A DNA stretch of 36,268 nt from a virus (IMGVR_UViG_3300035135_002180:1-36268); one strand, 5' to 3'; positions 24,929 to 34,829 are shown, numbered from the stretch's first letter. The notes: a model not told the origin generated them from the sequence alone. Made by a program: numbers and translations.

Positions 24929-27900
24929 ATGCTTGGTAAGAGGCTTATAAAATCAGGTGCAGAAGCAACAAGCGGAGCAAATACTTTTGCTTCAGAAAAC
25001 TTTAATACAGTTCTTTATGCAGGTAGCAGCACTACACAACGTATAGGTGGGTTTATAAATAGAGGTGCTGTATTTAATGGGAGTAGTAGTTATATTTCTG
25101 CATCGAATCCTTTAGGAACAGGAAATGTTGCTTATTCTGTTAGTGCTTGGGTTTACTTAAACACATCTTCCCATACGGCAGGAATTTATACAATTTGGGA
25201 TGGCGGAACTAATGTGGGAACTTATTTGTTTTTTAAAGTAGAAGGAGGTAAAATATCAATAGGTAATTATGGTTCTTCCGTAACTTCTGTTAATAGCTTG
25301 TCTGTCGGTCAATGGGTACACGTTGCGGTTACAAGAGATACAAGTAACAATGTTGTATTATATGTAAACGGCTCATCTGATACAACAGGAACTTTATCCT
25401 TGAATTTAGGAAATCATTCGCCAAAAATCGGAGCATTAGATACTACCACACAAAATCTTAACGGCAAAATAGACCAAGTAAGAATATTTAATAAAGCATT
25501 ATCTTCTTCAGAAATAACAACTCTATATGGAGAAACCCACTCATCTACTACAATATCAACTACAGATATATTTAATGATAATAGTGGAGTTGCTTTATAC
25601 CAATTAGATGGTAATGCAAATGATACAGGACTTGTATCAGCAGGGACTATTGTAAGTTCTAATAAAATTATAGATTTAAATGTAGACAGTTATACAAGCG
25701 GCACTACTATAGATGATTCTACTTCAAATAATAACGATGCTACAATAGTTGGAGATGTTAGTTATGATAATTGGTTAGGTAGAGGTAGATTTGATTTACA
25801 AGGTTCTAGTGATTACTTAAAAATAGATGCAAGTACAACATTTAATGGTGCTACTGATTTAACGCTAGAGGGTTGGTTTAGACCTGATAATTTAACTGCT
25901 GTAGACCACTTTTTTTCAATATACGATGGAGGAGGTAGTAGTAAACTTTATGTACGATTAAATGATGCTGATGGGGACATTGACGCATTTGCTTACACTG
26001 CATCTGTTGGAACTGCTGCAAATTTAATAACAGGTAATTCAGCAGTTAGAGTACAAGCAAATAAATGGAATCATATTGTAATGACTTATGCAGATGGTGG
26101 AAGTGGAAAAATGGCTGTATATATAAATGGTGATTTAGCAGGTTCAACTACCCCTGTTGGAGCTATAAACACAGCAGGAACTGAAGATTTATATATTGGA
26201 GTATTAAAAAATTATATTGGCACTTATGATTTTGATGGAGAAGTAGGTGAAATAAGAGCTTATAGTAGTGCATTAACTGCATCTGAAGTTTTACAAAACT
26301 TTAATGCTACAAGATATTATTACGCTGCTTATGATGGAACTGCATCTAATATAACTTACCAAGAAGCTACGAAATTTGCCCCTGATATGGTTTGGATTAA
26401 AGACAGAACTTTAGGATATTCTCATTCATTACAAGATACTGTAAGAGGTCCTGGCACTTCAACTTCTTTATATCCAGATTTAACTTCAGCTGAAGGCACT
26501 TATGGTGCATACGGGCAAATTAGTGCTTTTAATACAAATGGATTTACAGTGGCAAGTGGTGGGCACTCACAATATGGCTATGCACAAGTAAATGAAAGTG
26601 GAAAAAACTACGTTGCTTGGTGCTTTAATGCAGGTAGTGAAAGTTCAGCATCTAACACAGATGGAACAATTACAAGTACAGTAAAAGCTAATACAGATGC
26701 AGGGTTTAGTATTGTAAATTTTACATCAAGTTTTAATGTTACTCAAACTGCAGGACACGGATTATCTTCTACTCCTGAAATGATTATTATTAAGCACGTT
26801 AATAATTCATCAAATTGGTATGTTTGGACAAAAGATTTGACATCTGGAAATTCACTTGCATTAAATTCAACAAGAGGAGAAAATACTGATTTAGCTTTTA
26901 CTGTTAATTCAAGTAATTTTACAACAAATTGGTCTAATACAAGTTATGAGTACATCGCCTACTGCTTCCATTCAGTACCAGATTACCAAAAAATAGGTAC
27001 TTATACTTCAGCATATCCTAATACAACTCACGTTGAAACAGGATTTGAACCTGCTTTTGTGCTTATAAAATCTCACAATCAGCCAAGAAATTGGTGTATT
27101 CACGACAATAAAAGAAAAGTTACAAATACAGACCAAAGGCAACTTTATGCAAATTTAGCTAATTCAGAAGCAGATATTGATGACCAAATTGAATTTACAT
27201 CTAATGGTTTTTTAATTAGAGGTGGGTCAAATGATTTAGATGGAGGGTCATCTTACAGTTACATTTACCTTGCAATAGCAGCAGACCCAGATACTACTAC
27301 TCCAACAGTAACAGATAGCTTTGATGTTGTTACTTATACAGGGAATGGGGGAACTCAAAGTATTGAAACGGATTTCAAACCTGACTTGGTTTGGATAAAG
27401 AATAGGGATTACTCAAGTGGAATTAATCATTTTTTATCTGATTCAGTTAGGGGTGGTCAACAAAGATTGTCTTCCAGTTCTACAAATGCTCAAGTTGACT
27501 TATCACCTTACGGAGATGGTATTATGTCTTTTGATTCGAATGGTTTTACCATTGCGGATGACCTTAACGGAGATAATGGCATAAATGGTCAAGTAGGGGG
27601 TACATATGGCTCTTCTTATGTTGCTTGGTGTTGGAAAGCAGGAGACCACGATGATAATCTCCCACAGATAAATACAGAAGGAACTATTGAGAGTACAGTT
27701 TCAGTAAATGATGCAGCAGGATTTTCTATTGTGAAGTACGTTGGCAACGCTACAGATAATGCTACTGTGGGAACAGGTTTATCGAGTGCTGCTGAATTAG
27801 TAATAGTTAAAGATTTGGATAATGCAAATTACTGGGTAGTAGGCGGCTCTGTAGTAGGAAATGGTAAAACATTATATTTAAATGATACTAGTGCTTCATT

Positions 27901-28315
27901 AACAAGGGATAGAGTAAAAAGCGTACAATCAAATACGTTTACATTAGGAAGTCATTTTGAATCTAATGGAAATAACGTAAACTTTATAGCCTACTGTTGG
28001 TATTCAGTTACAGGACATAGTAAGATAGGGAGTTATACAGGAGCAACAGGAAGTGTTAGTGTAACAACAGGATTTCAGCCAAGATTTTTGTTAATTAAAA
28101 AGACAAATACTTCTACTAATGGAGATTGGTCTATATTTGATTCAACAAGAGATACAAGTAGTAATAACTTCCAATTATTCCCAAATCAAAATTATGCTGA
28201 AATACAAAGAAGTAATTTAGTTACTTATAATTCAGATGGATTTACAATTAACAACAATACAGTACATCAACTAAATAATAGTGGTGATACATACATATAT
28301 ATGGCATTTAAATAA
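24929..28315 (+). CDS. large modular tail/receptor-binding protein B: LamG + LamG + two YTGNG/PDLVWIK repeat units; paralog of A
   Basis: Two LamG domains (WVHVAVT...GKIDQVRIFNKALS; WNHIVMT...FDGEVGEIRAY); shares motifs and DNA blocks with 12936-16850; ends YMAFK. Confidence 0.85.
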   Translation: MLGKRLIKSGAEATSGANTFASENFNTVLYAGSSTTQRIGGFINRGAVFNGSSSYISASNPLGTGNVAYSVSAWVYLNTSSHTAGIYTIWDGGTNVGTYLFFKVEGGKISIGNYGSSVTSVNSLSVGQWVHVAVTRDTSNNVVLYVNGSSDTTGTLSLNLGNHSPKIGALDTTTQNLNGKIDQVRIFNKALSSSEITTLYGETHSSTTISTTDIFNDNSGVALYQLDGNANDTGLVSAGTIVSSNKIIDLNVDSYTSGTTIDDSTSNNNDATIVGDVSYDNWLGRGRFDLQGSSDYLKIDASTTFNGATDLTLEGWFRPDNLTAVDHFFSIYDGGGSSKLYVRLNDADGDIDAFAYTASVGTAANLITGNSAVRVQANKWNHIVMTYADGGSGKMAVYINGDLAGSTTPVGAINTAGTEDLYIGVLKNYIGTYDFDGEVGEIRAYSSALTASEVLQNFNATRYYYAAYDGTASNITYQEATKFAPDMVWIKDRTLGYSHSLQDTVRGPGTSTSLYPDLTSAEGTYGAYGQISAFNTNGFTVASGGHSQYGYAQVNESGKNYVAWCFNAGSESSASNTDGTITSTVKANTDAGFSIVNFTSSFNVTQTAGHGLSSTPEMIIIKHVNNSSNWYVWTKDLTSGNSLALNSTRGENTDLAFTVNSSNFTTNWSNTSYEYIAYCFHSVPDYQKIGTYTSAYPNTTHVETGFEPAFVLIKSHNQPRNWCIHDNKRKVTNTDQRQLYANLANSEADIDDQIEFTSNGFLIRGGSNDLDGGSSYSYIYLAIAADPDTTTPTVTDSFDVVTYTGNGGTQSIETDFKPDLVWIKNRDYSSGINHFLSDSVRGGQQRLSSSSTNAQVDLSPYGDGIMSFDSNGFTIADDLNGDNGINGQVGGTYGSSYVAWCWKAGDHDDNLPQINTEGTIESTVSVNDAAGFSIVKYVGNATDNATVGTGLSSAAELVIVKDLDNANYWVVGGSVVGNGKTLYLNDTSASLTRDRVKSVQSNTFTLGSHFESNGNNVNFIAYCWYSVTGHSKIGSYTGATGSVSVTTGFQPRFLLIKKTNTSTNGDWSIFDSTRDTSSNNFQLFPNQNYAEIQRSNLVTYNSDGFTINNNTVHQLNNSGDTYIYMAFK

Positions 28316-28605
28316 TGAAAAAAATATATAACATAATATTATTCTCGTTTTTTTGTTTTACTATAGGATATAGTCAAAAAAACGACAGCCATATAGTAAG
28401 CTCTCCTACAGAGAGGCTTAAGATGGTATTATATTCTGAAGGAAAACCTGTAGCAGAAGGAAGTGTATTAGTTGTAAATGGAGATTTAATTAATGATGGG
28501 ATGTTTATTATATACAAGCCAGACGGTAGTGTATATCAAACAGTTCATTATGATATGGGTAAAATCGTTAAAGTGACAGATTTTACAGACAATGAAAAAA
28601 TGTAA
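28315..28605 (+). CDS. secreted/periplasmic protein with MORN-like beta hairpins
   Basis: Bacteroidota-style signal peptide MKKIYNIILFSFFCFTIGYSQ; DG.F.IY.PDG...Y..GK. Confidence 0.6.
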   Translation: MKKIYNIILFSFFCFTIGYSQKNDSHIVSSPTERLKMVLYSEGKPVAEGSVLVVNGDLINDGMFIIYKPDGSVYQTVHYDMGKIVKVTDFTDNEKM

Positions 28606-28823
28606 TGAATTATATTAGAAAAATATCAGTTGGCTCTGATTATAAAAACGCCATGCATTATGTTGTAGATCAAGATGTGATGGGTGGAAAGTGGAAAATA
28701 CATGCGGTTTCCCAAGATGAAGAAGGATATCATCTATGGATACAAAAAGATGAGGAGATAAAAAAATGGAAATTTTTTAATCAAAACACTCCAATAACAA
28801 TAGAATATAATGTTAACTTTTAG
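28605..28823 (+). CDS. hypothetical phage protein
   Basis: 72 aa, IRKISVGSDYKNAMHY; coupled to neighbours. Confidence 0.75.
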   Translation: MNYIRKISVGSDYKNAMHYVVDQDVMGGKWKIHAVSQDEEGYHLWIQKDEEIKKWKFFNQNTPITIEYNVNF

Positions 28824-29370
28824 ACCTACACGTTCGTTTTTAATAACACCGAAAAACAATCAAGAATACAACAGAGAGAAGGGTGGAGTTATAGTCACCT
28901 CATCTATAGAAAGTGCCAAAGATGTAAATAGATTTGGTATTATAAAAAAAACTCCATTATACTATGATGGCGACCTTGTAGAAGGTGACGAGGTCGTACT
29001 GCATCACAATGTATTTAGATCATATTACGATATGAAAGGATATGAAAGAAAAAGCAAAGAGTATTTTAAAGATAATTTATATTTAGTTGATGAATCAAAA
29101 ATATATCTAGTAAAAAGAAAAAAAGGATATTTAAGTTTTGATGATTATTGTTTTGTATCACCGAAAGGAGAAGAAAATTTAGAGGTGTCTTTAGGGTCTT
29201 ACGAACTTCATAAAGGAACTGTGAAATTTGTAAATCCAAATATAATAAATCAAGGCATAGAAGAGGGGATGGAAGTTGGATATACAAAAGATAGCGAATA
29301 TGAATTTGAAATTGAAGGAGAGCTTTTATATAGAATGAAAAGAAAGGATATATGTGTTAAATTTTTTTAA
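28810..29370 (+). CDS. tandem GroES-like (co-chaperonin fold) protein
   Basis: Domain 1: RP...LITP...GGVIV...G.I...EGDEV. Domain 2: DYCFVSP...GTVKF...EG.EV.Y...EFEIEGE.LY.MK.KDI. Confidence 0.7.
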   Translation: MLTFRPTRSFLITPKNNQEYNREKGGVIVTSSIESAKDVNRFGIIKKTPLYYDGDLVEGDEVVLHHNVFRSYYDMKGYERKSKEYFKDNLYLVDESKIYLVKRKKGYLSFDDYCFVSPKGEENLEVSLGSYELHKGTVKFVNPNIINQGIEEGMEVGYTKDSEYEFEIEGELLYRMKRKDICVKFF

Positions 29371-29371
29371 A

Positions 29372-29611
29372 ATGCAAGATTCTTTTATAAAAAACAATTT
29401 ATCTATTGTTGTATCTTTTGTTGTTGCGGTTTTTACAGCAGGAGGTGTTTTTTCAGAATTTACTTCTTTAAAAGATGAAATAAATTTAGTACATGATAGA
29501 TTAGATGAAAAAATATTAGTGATAGAAAATTTAGAAAAACGTATATTAGACATTGAAAAAAAATCAGAATACGAAAGAGGTCTTTTTGAATCAAGAAAAA
29601 AATTAAAATGA
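29372..29611 (+). CDS. membrane-anchored coiled-coil protein (i-spanin or holin-like)
   Basis: N-terminal hydrophobic helix then coiled coil; ATG at 29372. Confidence 0.6.
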   Translation: MQDSFIKNNLSIVVSFVVAVFTAGGVFSEFTSLKDEINLVHDRLDEKILVIENLEKRILDIEKKSEYERGLFESRKKLK

Positions 29612-29829
29612 GTAGTGAAATTAAAATAAAATCAAACGGATTAAGAAACGAATTGAAGGAAATACGTAAAAGTATTGACAAACTAACCAACGCTATTATT
29701 ATGGCACAAACAAACAAACATGATAAAAACAATTTATATTTTAGCTGCGACCCTAATGACGATGGGGTGCGGTGGACAGAAACATCTACGGATGGAAGCT
29801 TACAAACAAATGACGAAAGACGTTTGTAG
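29608..29829 (+). CDS. hypothetical protein
   Basis: ATGA coupling to the previous gene; helical N-terminal half; 3' part overlaps the next ORF. Confidence 0.55.
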   Translation: MSSEIKIKSNGLRNELKEIRKSIDKLTNAIIMAQTNKHDKNNLYFSCDPNDDGVRWTETSTDGSLQTNDERRL

Positions 29830-29956
29830 AGATAACCCACATGAGGTAAAAATGGCACAATTACTTTACATACAATATGTTTTAAATGAAAAACAAATTA
29901 AATACAATAGAAAGAGTAATACAGGCAGGGGAGAAAGCAGTGGAGGAACTAATTAA
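29720..29956 (+). CDS. putative lipoprotein (o-spanin-like)
   Basis: MIKTIYILAATLMTMG-C signal peptidase II-like signal. Confidence 0.55.
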   Translation: MIKTIYILAATLMTMGCGGQKHLRMEAYKQMTKDVCRDNPHEVKMAQLLYIQYVLNEKQIKYNRKSNTGRGESSGGTN

Positions 29957-30173
29957 GGTTGCTCATGATGAAATTATTACTGATGACCCTGATGATGATT
30001 TAGCTGCTGATAGATTAAAAAATGCTGCAGCAACAAAAAAACTTGCAATATTCGATGCTTTTGAGATATTGAATAGAATACAATTAGAGCGAGAAAAACT
30101 AAATGGAAGTGATACAGACAAAAAGGATACAGGTTTCCAAAGCTTCGCAGAATCTAGAGGAAGAAAATCTTAG
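29886..30173 (+). CDS. terS: putative terminase small subunit
   Basis: Helical 95 aa protein (AADRLKNAAATKKLAIFDAFEIL) directly upstream of terL; called mainly on position. Confidence 0.6.
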   Translation: MKNKLNTIERVIQAGEKAVEELIKVAHDEIITDDPDDDLAADRLKNAAATKKLAIFDAFEILNRIQLEREKLNGSDTDKKDTGFQSFAESRGRKS

Positions 30174-32391
30174 GCTGTACACGGTAATTGGCACAATATC
30201 TGACGAAGATAAAAGAAAAAAAAATAAAACTTCGTCATGGGAATATGGTTATAATCCTGATTATGATGTTGTTGTAATTTCTAAGACAGGAAAAATTGGA
30301 GATGTCATCAACATAAACGGAATAAAAATAGCTTTACCTTTGCAGCCGAAGAAAGTATTTTCAAGGAGTGGCAAAAAAGAAGAGCAATTCTGGGAAGCAC
30401 AAGAATATCCAAAACAACTGTCAAAGATTAAGACCGTTTTCCAGTGGAATGAGTACCCACCTCTATTCAAGGAAACGTGGGTTGATTACATTGAGGTTGA
30501 ATTCGAAAGAAGAGAAAATGGTTTTTGGTTTAAGAATAATGGCATTCCTGTTTATATTACTGGCTCTCATTACATGTACTTGCAGTGGACCAAGATTGAT
30601 GTTGGGCTCCCAGAGTTCAGAGAATCTAATAGAATATTCTATATCTACTGGGAAGCGTGTAAAGCCGACCACAGGTCTTATGGAATGTGCTATCTTAAAA
30701 ACAGAAGGTCTGGCTTCTCTTTTATGTCTTCATCTGAATCCGTCGCTCAAGCAACAATTACTTCCGATGCACGGTTCGGGATACTGTCCAAATCTGGTGC
30801 TGATGCTAAAAAAATGTTCACAGATAAAGTTGTCCCCATATCTACAAACTACCCCTTCTTCTTCAAACCAATACAAGATGGAATGGATAGGCCCAAAACA
30901 GAATTGGCGTATAGAGTCCCAGCTTCGAAACTTACCAGAAAAAATATCGAACAAAAAGAAAAAGACGAACTCACAGGTCTTGATACAACAATCGATTGGA
31001 AAAATACAGGCGACAATTCCTATGATGGTGAAAAGCTCAGACTCCTTGTCCATGATGAATCTGGAAAGTGGGAGCGACCCGATAATATCCTCAACAGTTG
31101 GCGTGTCACTAAAACTTGTCTCAGACTAGGTAGAAGAATTATAGGCAAGTGCATGATGGGATCGACTTCTAATGCATTAGATAAAGGAGGATTAAATTTT
31201 AAAAAACTTTTTTATGATTCAAACCCATTAGAAAGAAATGCTAACGGGCAAACTAAAACAGGTTTATACAATTTGTTTATTCCTATGGAATGGAACATGG
31301 AGGGCTTTTTAGATAAGTATGGTCATCCTGTTTTTAGAACTCCAGAATCTCCATTAATAGATATCAATGGTGATTTTATATATCAAGGAGTTTTAGATTA
31401 TTGGGAAAATGAAGTAGATTCATTAAAAAATGACGCTGATGCATTAAATGAATTTTACAGACAATTTCCTAGATCAGAAAATCATGCTTTTAGAGATGAA
31501 TCAAAAAATAGTTTATTTAATCTTCAAAAAATTTATGAACAAATAGATTTTAATGACACCAATGGAACTCACACTTTCGTTGATAGAGGAGATTTACATT
31601 GGGAAAAAGGCGAAAGAGGAACAAACGTAATATGGACACCAACGAGAAATGGTAGATTTTATGTAACTTGGATACCACCAAAAGATTTAAGAAACAATGT
31701 TAGAAGGGACGGCAGCAAATTTTGGCCTCTTAATGCTCATATTGGTAGCTTTGGTTGTGACAGTTATGACATATCTGGAGTAGTTGGAGGTGTTGGTTCT
31801 AAAGGAGCTTTACATGGGTTGACTAAAATTAATTTTGATAATGCACCATCAGAGCTCTTCTTTTTAGAATATATTGCTAGACCACAAACCGCAGAGCTTT
31901 TTTATGAAGACGTTTTAATGGCGTGTCATTTTTATGGTATGCCGATACTTGTTGAAAATAATAAGCCTAGGCTATTGTATTATTTAAAAGAAAGAGGTTA
32001 TAGGGCATTTGCTATGAATAGACCTGATAAATTAAAAAACGATTTATCAAAGTCAGAAAGAGAGCTTGGAGGTATACCATCTTCACAGCCAGTGATTTCT
32101 GTTCATGCTGAAGCCATAGAAGCTTATATAGAAAGAAACGTAGGAGTAGACACAATGGGTGTTTACAGAGATGTCGGAGACATAGGAAAAATGTATTTTA
32201 TGAGGACATTAAAAGACTGGTCCAACTATAATATATTTAACAGAACAAAGTTTGATGCCACGATAAGCTCAGGCTTAGCAATTATGGCGAATCAAAGGTA
32301 TGTAACCAAACCTGAGAAAAAGCGTAGCAAAATAAGTGTTAACTTTGCAAAATACGATAATTCAGGTCTAAATAGCGAAATTATAAAATAG
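30103..32391 (+). CDS. terL: terminase large subunit
   Basis: Walker A-like KNRRSGFS, Walker B LLVHDESGK, GST coupling motif, RNase H-like GCDSYD and FDATIS; precedes the portal. Exact start uncertain. Confidence 0.9.
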   Translation: MEVIQTKRIQVSKASQNLEEENLRLYTVIGTISDEDKRKKNKTSSWEYGYNPDYDVVVISKTGKIGDVININGIKIALPLQPKKVFSRSGKKEEQFWEAQEYPKQLSKIKTVFQWNEYPPLFKETWVDYIEVEFERRENGFWFKNNGIPVYITGSHYMYLQWTKIDVGLPEFRESNRIFYIYWEACKADHRSYGMCYLKNRRSGFSFMSSSESVAQATITSDARFGILSKSGADAKKMFTDKVVPISTNYPFFFKPIQDGMDRPKTELAYRVPASKLTRKNIEQKEKDELTGLDTTIDWKNTGDNSYDGEKLRLLVHDESGKWERPDNILNSWRVTKTCLRLGRRIIGKCMMGSTSNALDKGGLNFKKLFYDSNPLERNANGQTKTGLYNLFIPMEWNMEGFLDKYGHPVFRTPESPLIDINGDFIYQGVLDYWENEVDSLKNDADALNEFYRQFPRSENHAFRDESKNSLFNLQKIYEQIDFNDTNGTHTFVDRGDLHWEKGERGTNVIWTPTRNGRFYVTWIPPKDLRNNVRRDGSKFWPLNAHIGSFGCDSYDISGVVGGVGSKGALHGLTKINFDNAPSELFFLEYIARPQTAELFYEDVLMACHFYGMPILVENNKPRLLYYLKERGYRAFAMNRPDKLKNDLSKSERELGGIPSSQPVISVHAEAIEAYIERNVGVDTMGVYRDVGDIGKMYFMRTLKDWSNYNIFNRTKFDATISSGLAIMANQRYVTKPEKKRSKISVNFAKYDNSGLNSEIIK
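32340..32347 (+). promoter_or_regulatory. putative -7 box TAACTTTG upstream of the portal
   Basis: TAnnTTTG inside the terL 3' end, about 50 bp before the portal ATG. Confidence 0.4.
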
Positions 32392-32395
32392 CAAT

Positions 32396-34810
32396 ATGCT
32401 AAACGACGATTTTAAAATTGCCAACATATCCTTTCCAGATCAGTTAGCTTCTGATTCTGTAAAATCATCAAAGGAATATGGGTTATCTGTAGGTAAAGCT
32501 ATAGAATCCGAATGGTTTAGAAAAGACAATGGCGCAGCTCGTTTTTACAACAACAGAGATAATTTTCATAAGCTAAGACAATACGCTAGAGGAGAGCAGT
32601 CTGTTCAAAAATATAAAAACGAATTAGCGATTAATGGGGATACATCATATTTAAATTTAGATTGGACTCCTGTGCCAATAGTCCCAAAGTTTGTGGATGT
32701 AGTGGTAAACGGAATGACTAATCGTTTGTTTGATGTAAAAGTAGAAGCTATAGATGATGTAGCAAGAGCTAGAAGAAGTAATTATAGGAACACTATAGAA
32801 AAAGACATGCTAGCTAGACCAGTTTTAGAAATACTTGAAGAAGCGAGCGGACAAAATTTATTCTCTACAGATCCAAGTAAGTTGCCAGATTCTGACGAAG
32901 AGCTGGAATTACACATGGAATTGTCTTATAAGCAGAAGATAGAAGTAGCAGAAGAAAAAGCTTTACAGGCAATACTTGATGTTAATGATTATGAATTAAT
33001 AAAAAGACAAGTTGATGAAGACGCTACAGTGTTAGGATTGTCTTCTGTAAAACATTCTTTTAATACTCATGATGGAATTAAAATAGAATATGTTGATCCA
33101 ACTCAATTAATACATTCTCCTACGGAAGATCCAAATTTTAATGATTGTTATTATTTTGGAGAAGTTAAAAATGTAAACATTACTGAACTTAAAAAAATTA
33201 ATCCTTCTTTAACACAAGAAGAAATCAAAGAAATATCTAAACTTAGCGCTAAGTGGGATGCATACCAGGGAATCAGAGGTGGATATAAAACCGATAACTT
33301 CGATTCAAATACAGCAACACTTTTGTATTTCTGTTATAAAACAGATAGAAATATAATTTATAAGGTTAAAGAAAACAATAATGGAGGTCAAAGAGCAATA
33401 CGAAAGGATGAATCTTTTAATCCTCCAAAAACTGAGTCAGCTAAATTTGTAAAACGATCAAAAAGAATAGATGTATGGTACGAAGGTGTACTTGTTCTAG
33501 GAACAAACCAAGTGTTGAAATGGGAGTTAATGAAAAACATGGTGAGACCGAAGTCGGGTATACAGAAAGTACTTTCACCTTATATTGTAAGTGCCCCGAA
33601 GATGTACAGAGGGCAGATAGACTCTCTAGTAAAAAGAATGATTCCCTTCGCTGATCAAATACAACTTACTCATTTAAAACTTCAGCAGGTTATATCTAAA
33701 ATGATTCCAGACGGAGTTTATTTAGATTTAGATGGTATTGCTAGTGTGGACTTAGGAAACGGAGCAATGTACAATCCGAACGAAGCTTTGAACATGTATT
33801 TTCAAACAGGGAGTGTTGTTGGTCGTAGCTTTACAGAAGATGGAGAATTCAATAACGCAAAAGTTCCTGTTCAAGAACTTAATGGATCAGGGTCAAACGC
33901 AAAGATATCTTCATTAGTAAGTATGTATAATCATTATGTAGCTATGATACGTGATGTTACAGGAATTAATGAAGCTAGAGATGGCTCTATGCCAGATGCA
34001 AAAACTTTGGTTGGCGTGCAAAAATTAGCTGCTTTAAACTCCAACACAGCTACAAGACACGTATTAGATTCAGGTCTTAGGTTAACAAAAAGATTAATTG
34101 ATTCAATAACATATCGTTTTTCAGACATGCTGGAATATACTGATATGAAAGAGTCCTTAATGAATATGATAGGATCAAAATCTGTTGAGATTATTGATGA
34201 CATAAAAGACGCACACCTGCACGATTTTGGAATTGAGATAGAACTACACCCAGACGAAGAAGAGAGAAATATTTTGGAGCAAAGCATACAATTAGCGTTA
34301 CAAAATCAAATGATTGATTTGGATGACGCTATTGATATCAGAAATGTTAGAAATATTAAACTCGCTAATGCTTTACTAAAAGTAAGAAAGGATAAGAAAG
34401 AAATATTAGATTTGAAGAAAAAAGAAGCTAATATTAAAATGCAAACAGAGTCTAATATTGAATCTTCTAATGCAGCATCTACAAATCAAATAAAAGAAAT
34501 GCAGTTTAAAATGCAATCTGAATTAGAGCTTGAAAAGCAAAAAGCAATGCTTGAAATTCAAAAAATGCAAAAACAAGCTGAATTAGACATGATGCTGCAA
34601 AAACAAAAATTAGAGTTTCAAATGATGACTAAGCAATCAGAATTATCTCAGCTTTCATCAAGAGAAACTAATAGGGAGGATAGAAAAGATCAGAGAGTAG
34701 ATAAGCAAAGTGAGAATCAATCAAGGCTTATTGAACAAAGAAAAACAAATCAACCAGCTCAAGAATTTAGTGACGATACACAAGGAATAGTAGATCAATT
34801 ACTTAGCTAA
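32396..34810 (+). CDS. portal protein
   Basis: 804 aa between terL and scaffold; LNLDWTPVPIVPKFVD, IRDVTGINEARDG, C-terminal coiled coil. Confidence 0.85.
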   Translation: MLNDDFKIANISFPDQLASDSVKSSKEYGLSVGKAIESEWFRKDNGAARFYNNRDNFHKLRQYARGEQSVQKYKNELAINGDTSYLNLDWTPVPIVPKFVDVVVNGMTNRLFDVKVEAIDDVARARRSNYRNTIEKDMLARPVLEILEEASGQNLFSTDPSKLPDSDEELELHMELSYKQKIEVAEEKALQAILDVNDYELIKRQVDEDATVLGLSSVKHSFNTHDGIKIEYVDPTQLIHSPTEDPNFNDCYYFGEVKNVNITELKKINPSLTQEEIKEISKLSAKWDAYQGIRGGYKTDNFDSNTATLLYFCYKTDRNIIYKVKENNNGGQRAIRKDESFNPPKTESAKFVKRSKRIDVWYEGVLVLGTNQVLKWELMKNMVRPKSGIQKVLSPYIVSAPKMYRGQIDSLVKRMIPFADQIQLTHLKLQQVISKMIPDGVYLDLDGIASVDLGNGAMYNPNEALNMYFQTGSVVGRSFTEDGEFNNAKVPVQELNGSGSNAKISSLVSMYNHYVAMIRDVTGINEARDGSMPDAKTLVGVQKLAALNSNTATRHVLDSGLRLTKRLIDSITYRFSDMLEYTDMKESLMNMIGSKSVEIIDDIKDAHLHDFGIEIELHPDEEERNILEQSIQLALQNQMIDLDDAIDIRNVRNIKLANALLKVRKDKKEILDLKKKEANIKMQTESNIESSNAASTNQIKEMQFKMQSELELEKQKAMLEIQKMQKQAELDMMLQKQKLEFQMMTKQSELSQLSSRETNREDRKDQRVDKQSENQSRLIEQRKTNQPAQEFSDDTQGIVDQLLS

Positions 34811-34829
34811 AATGTGTTATAAAAAACTT

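Noticed and set aside
12936-28315. Diversity-generating retroelement or invertase shufflon behind the tail repeats
   Set aside because: No reverse transcriptase or site-specific recombinase in the window; repeats are direct and in frame, and differences are not adenine-specific.
30103-30173. Programmed frameshift joining terS and terL
   Set aside because: The 71-bp overlap is explained by an internal ATG; no convincing slippery site with a downstream structure.
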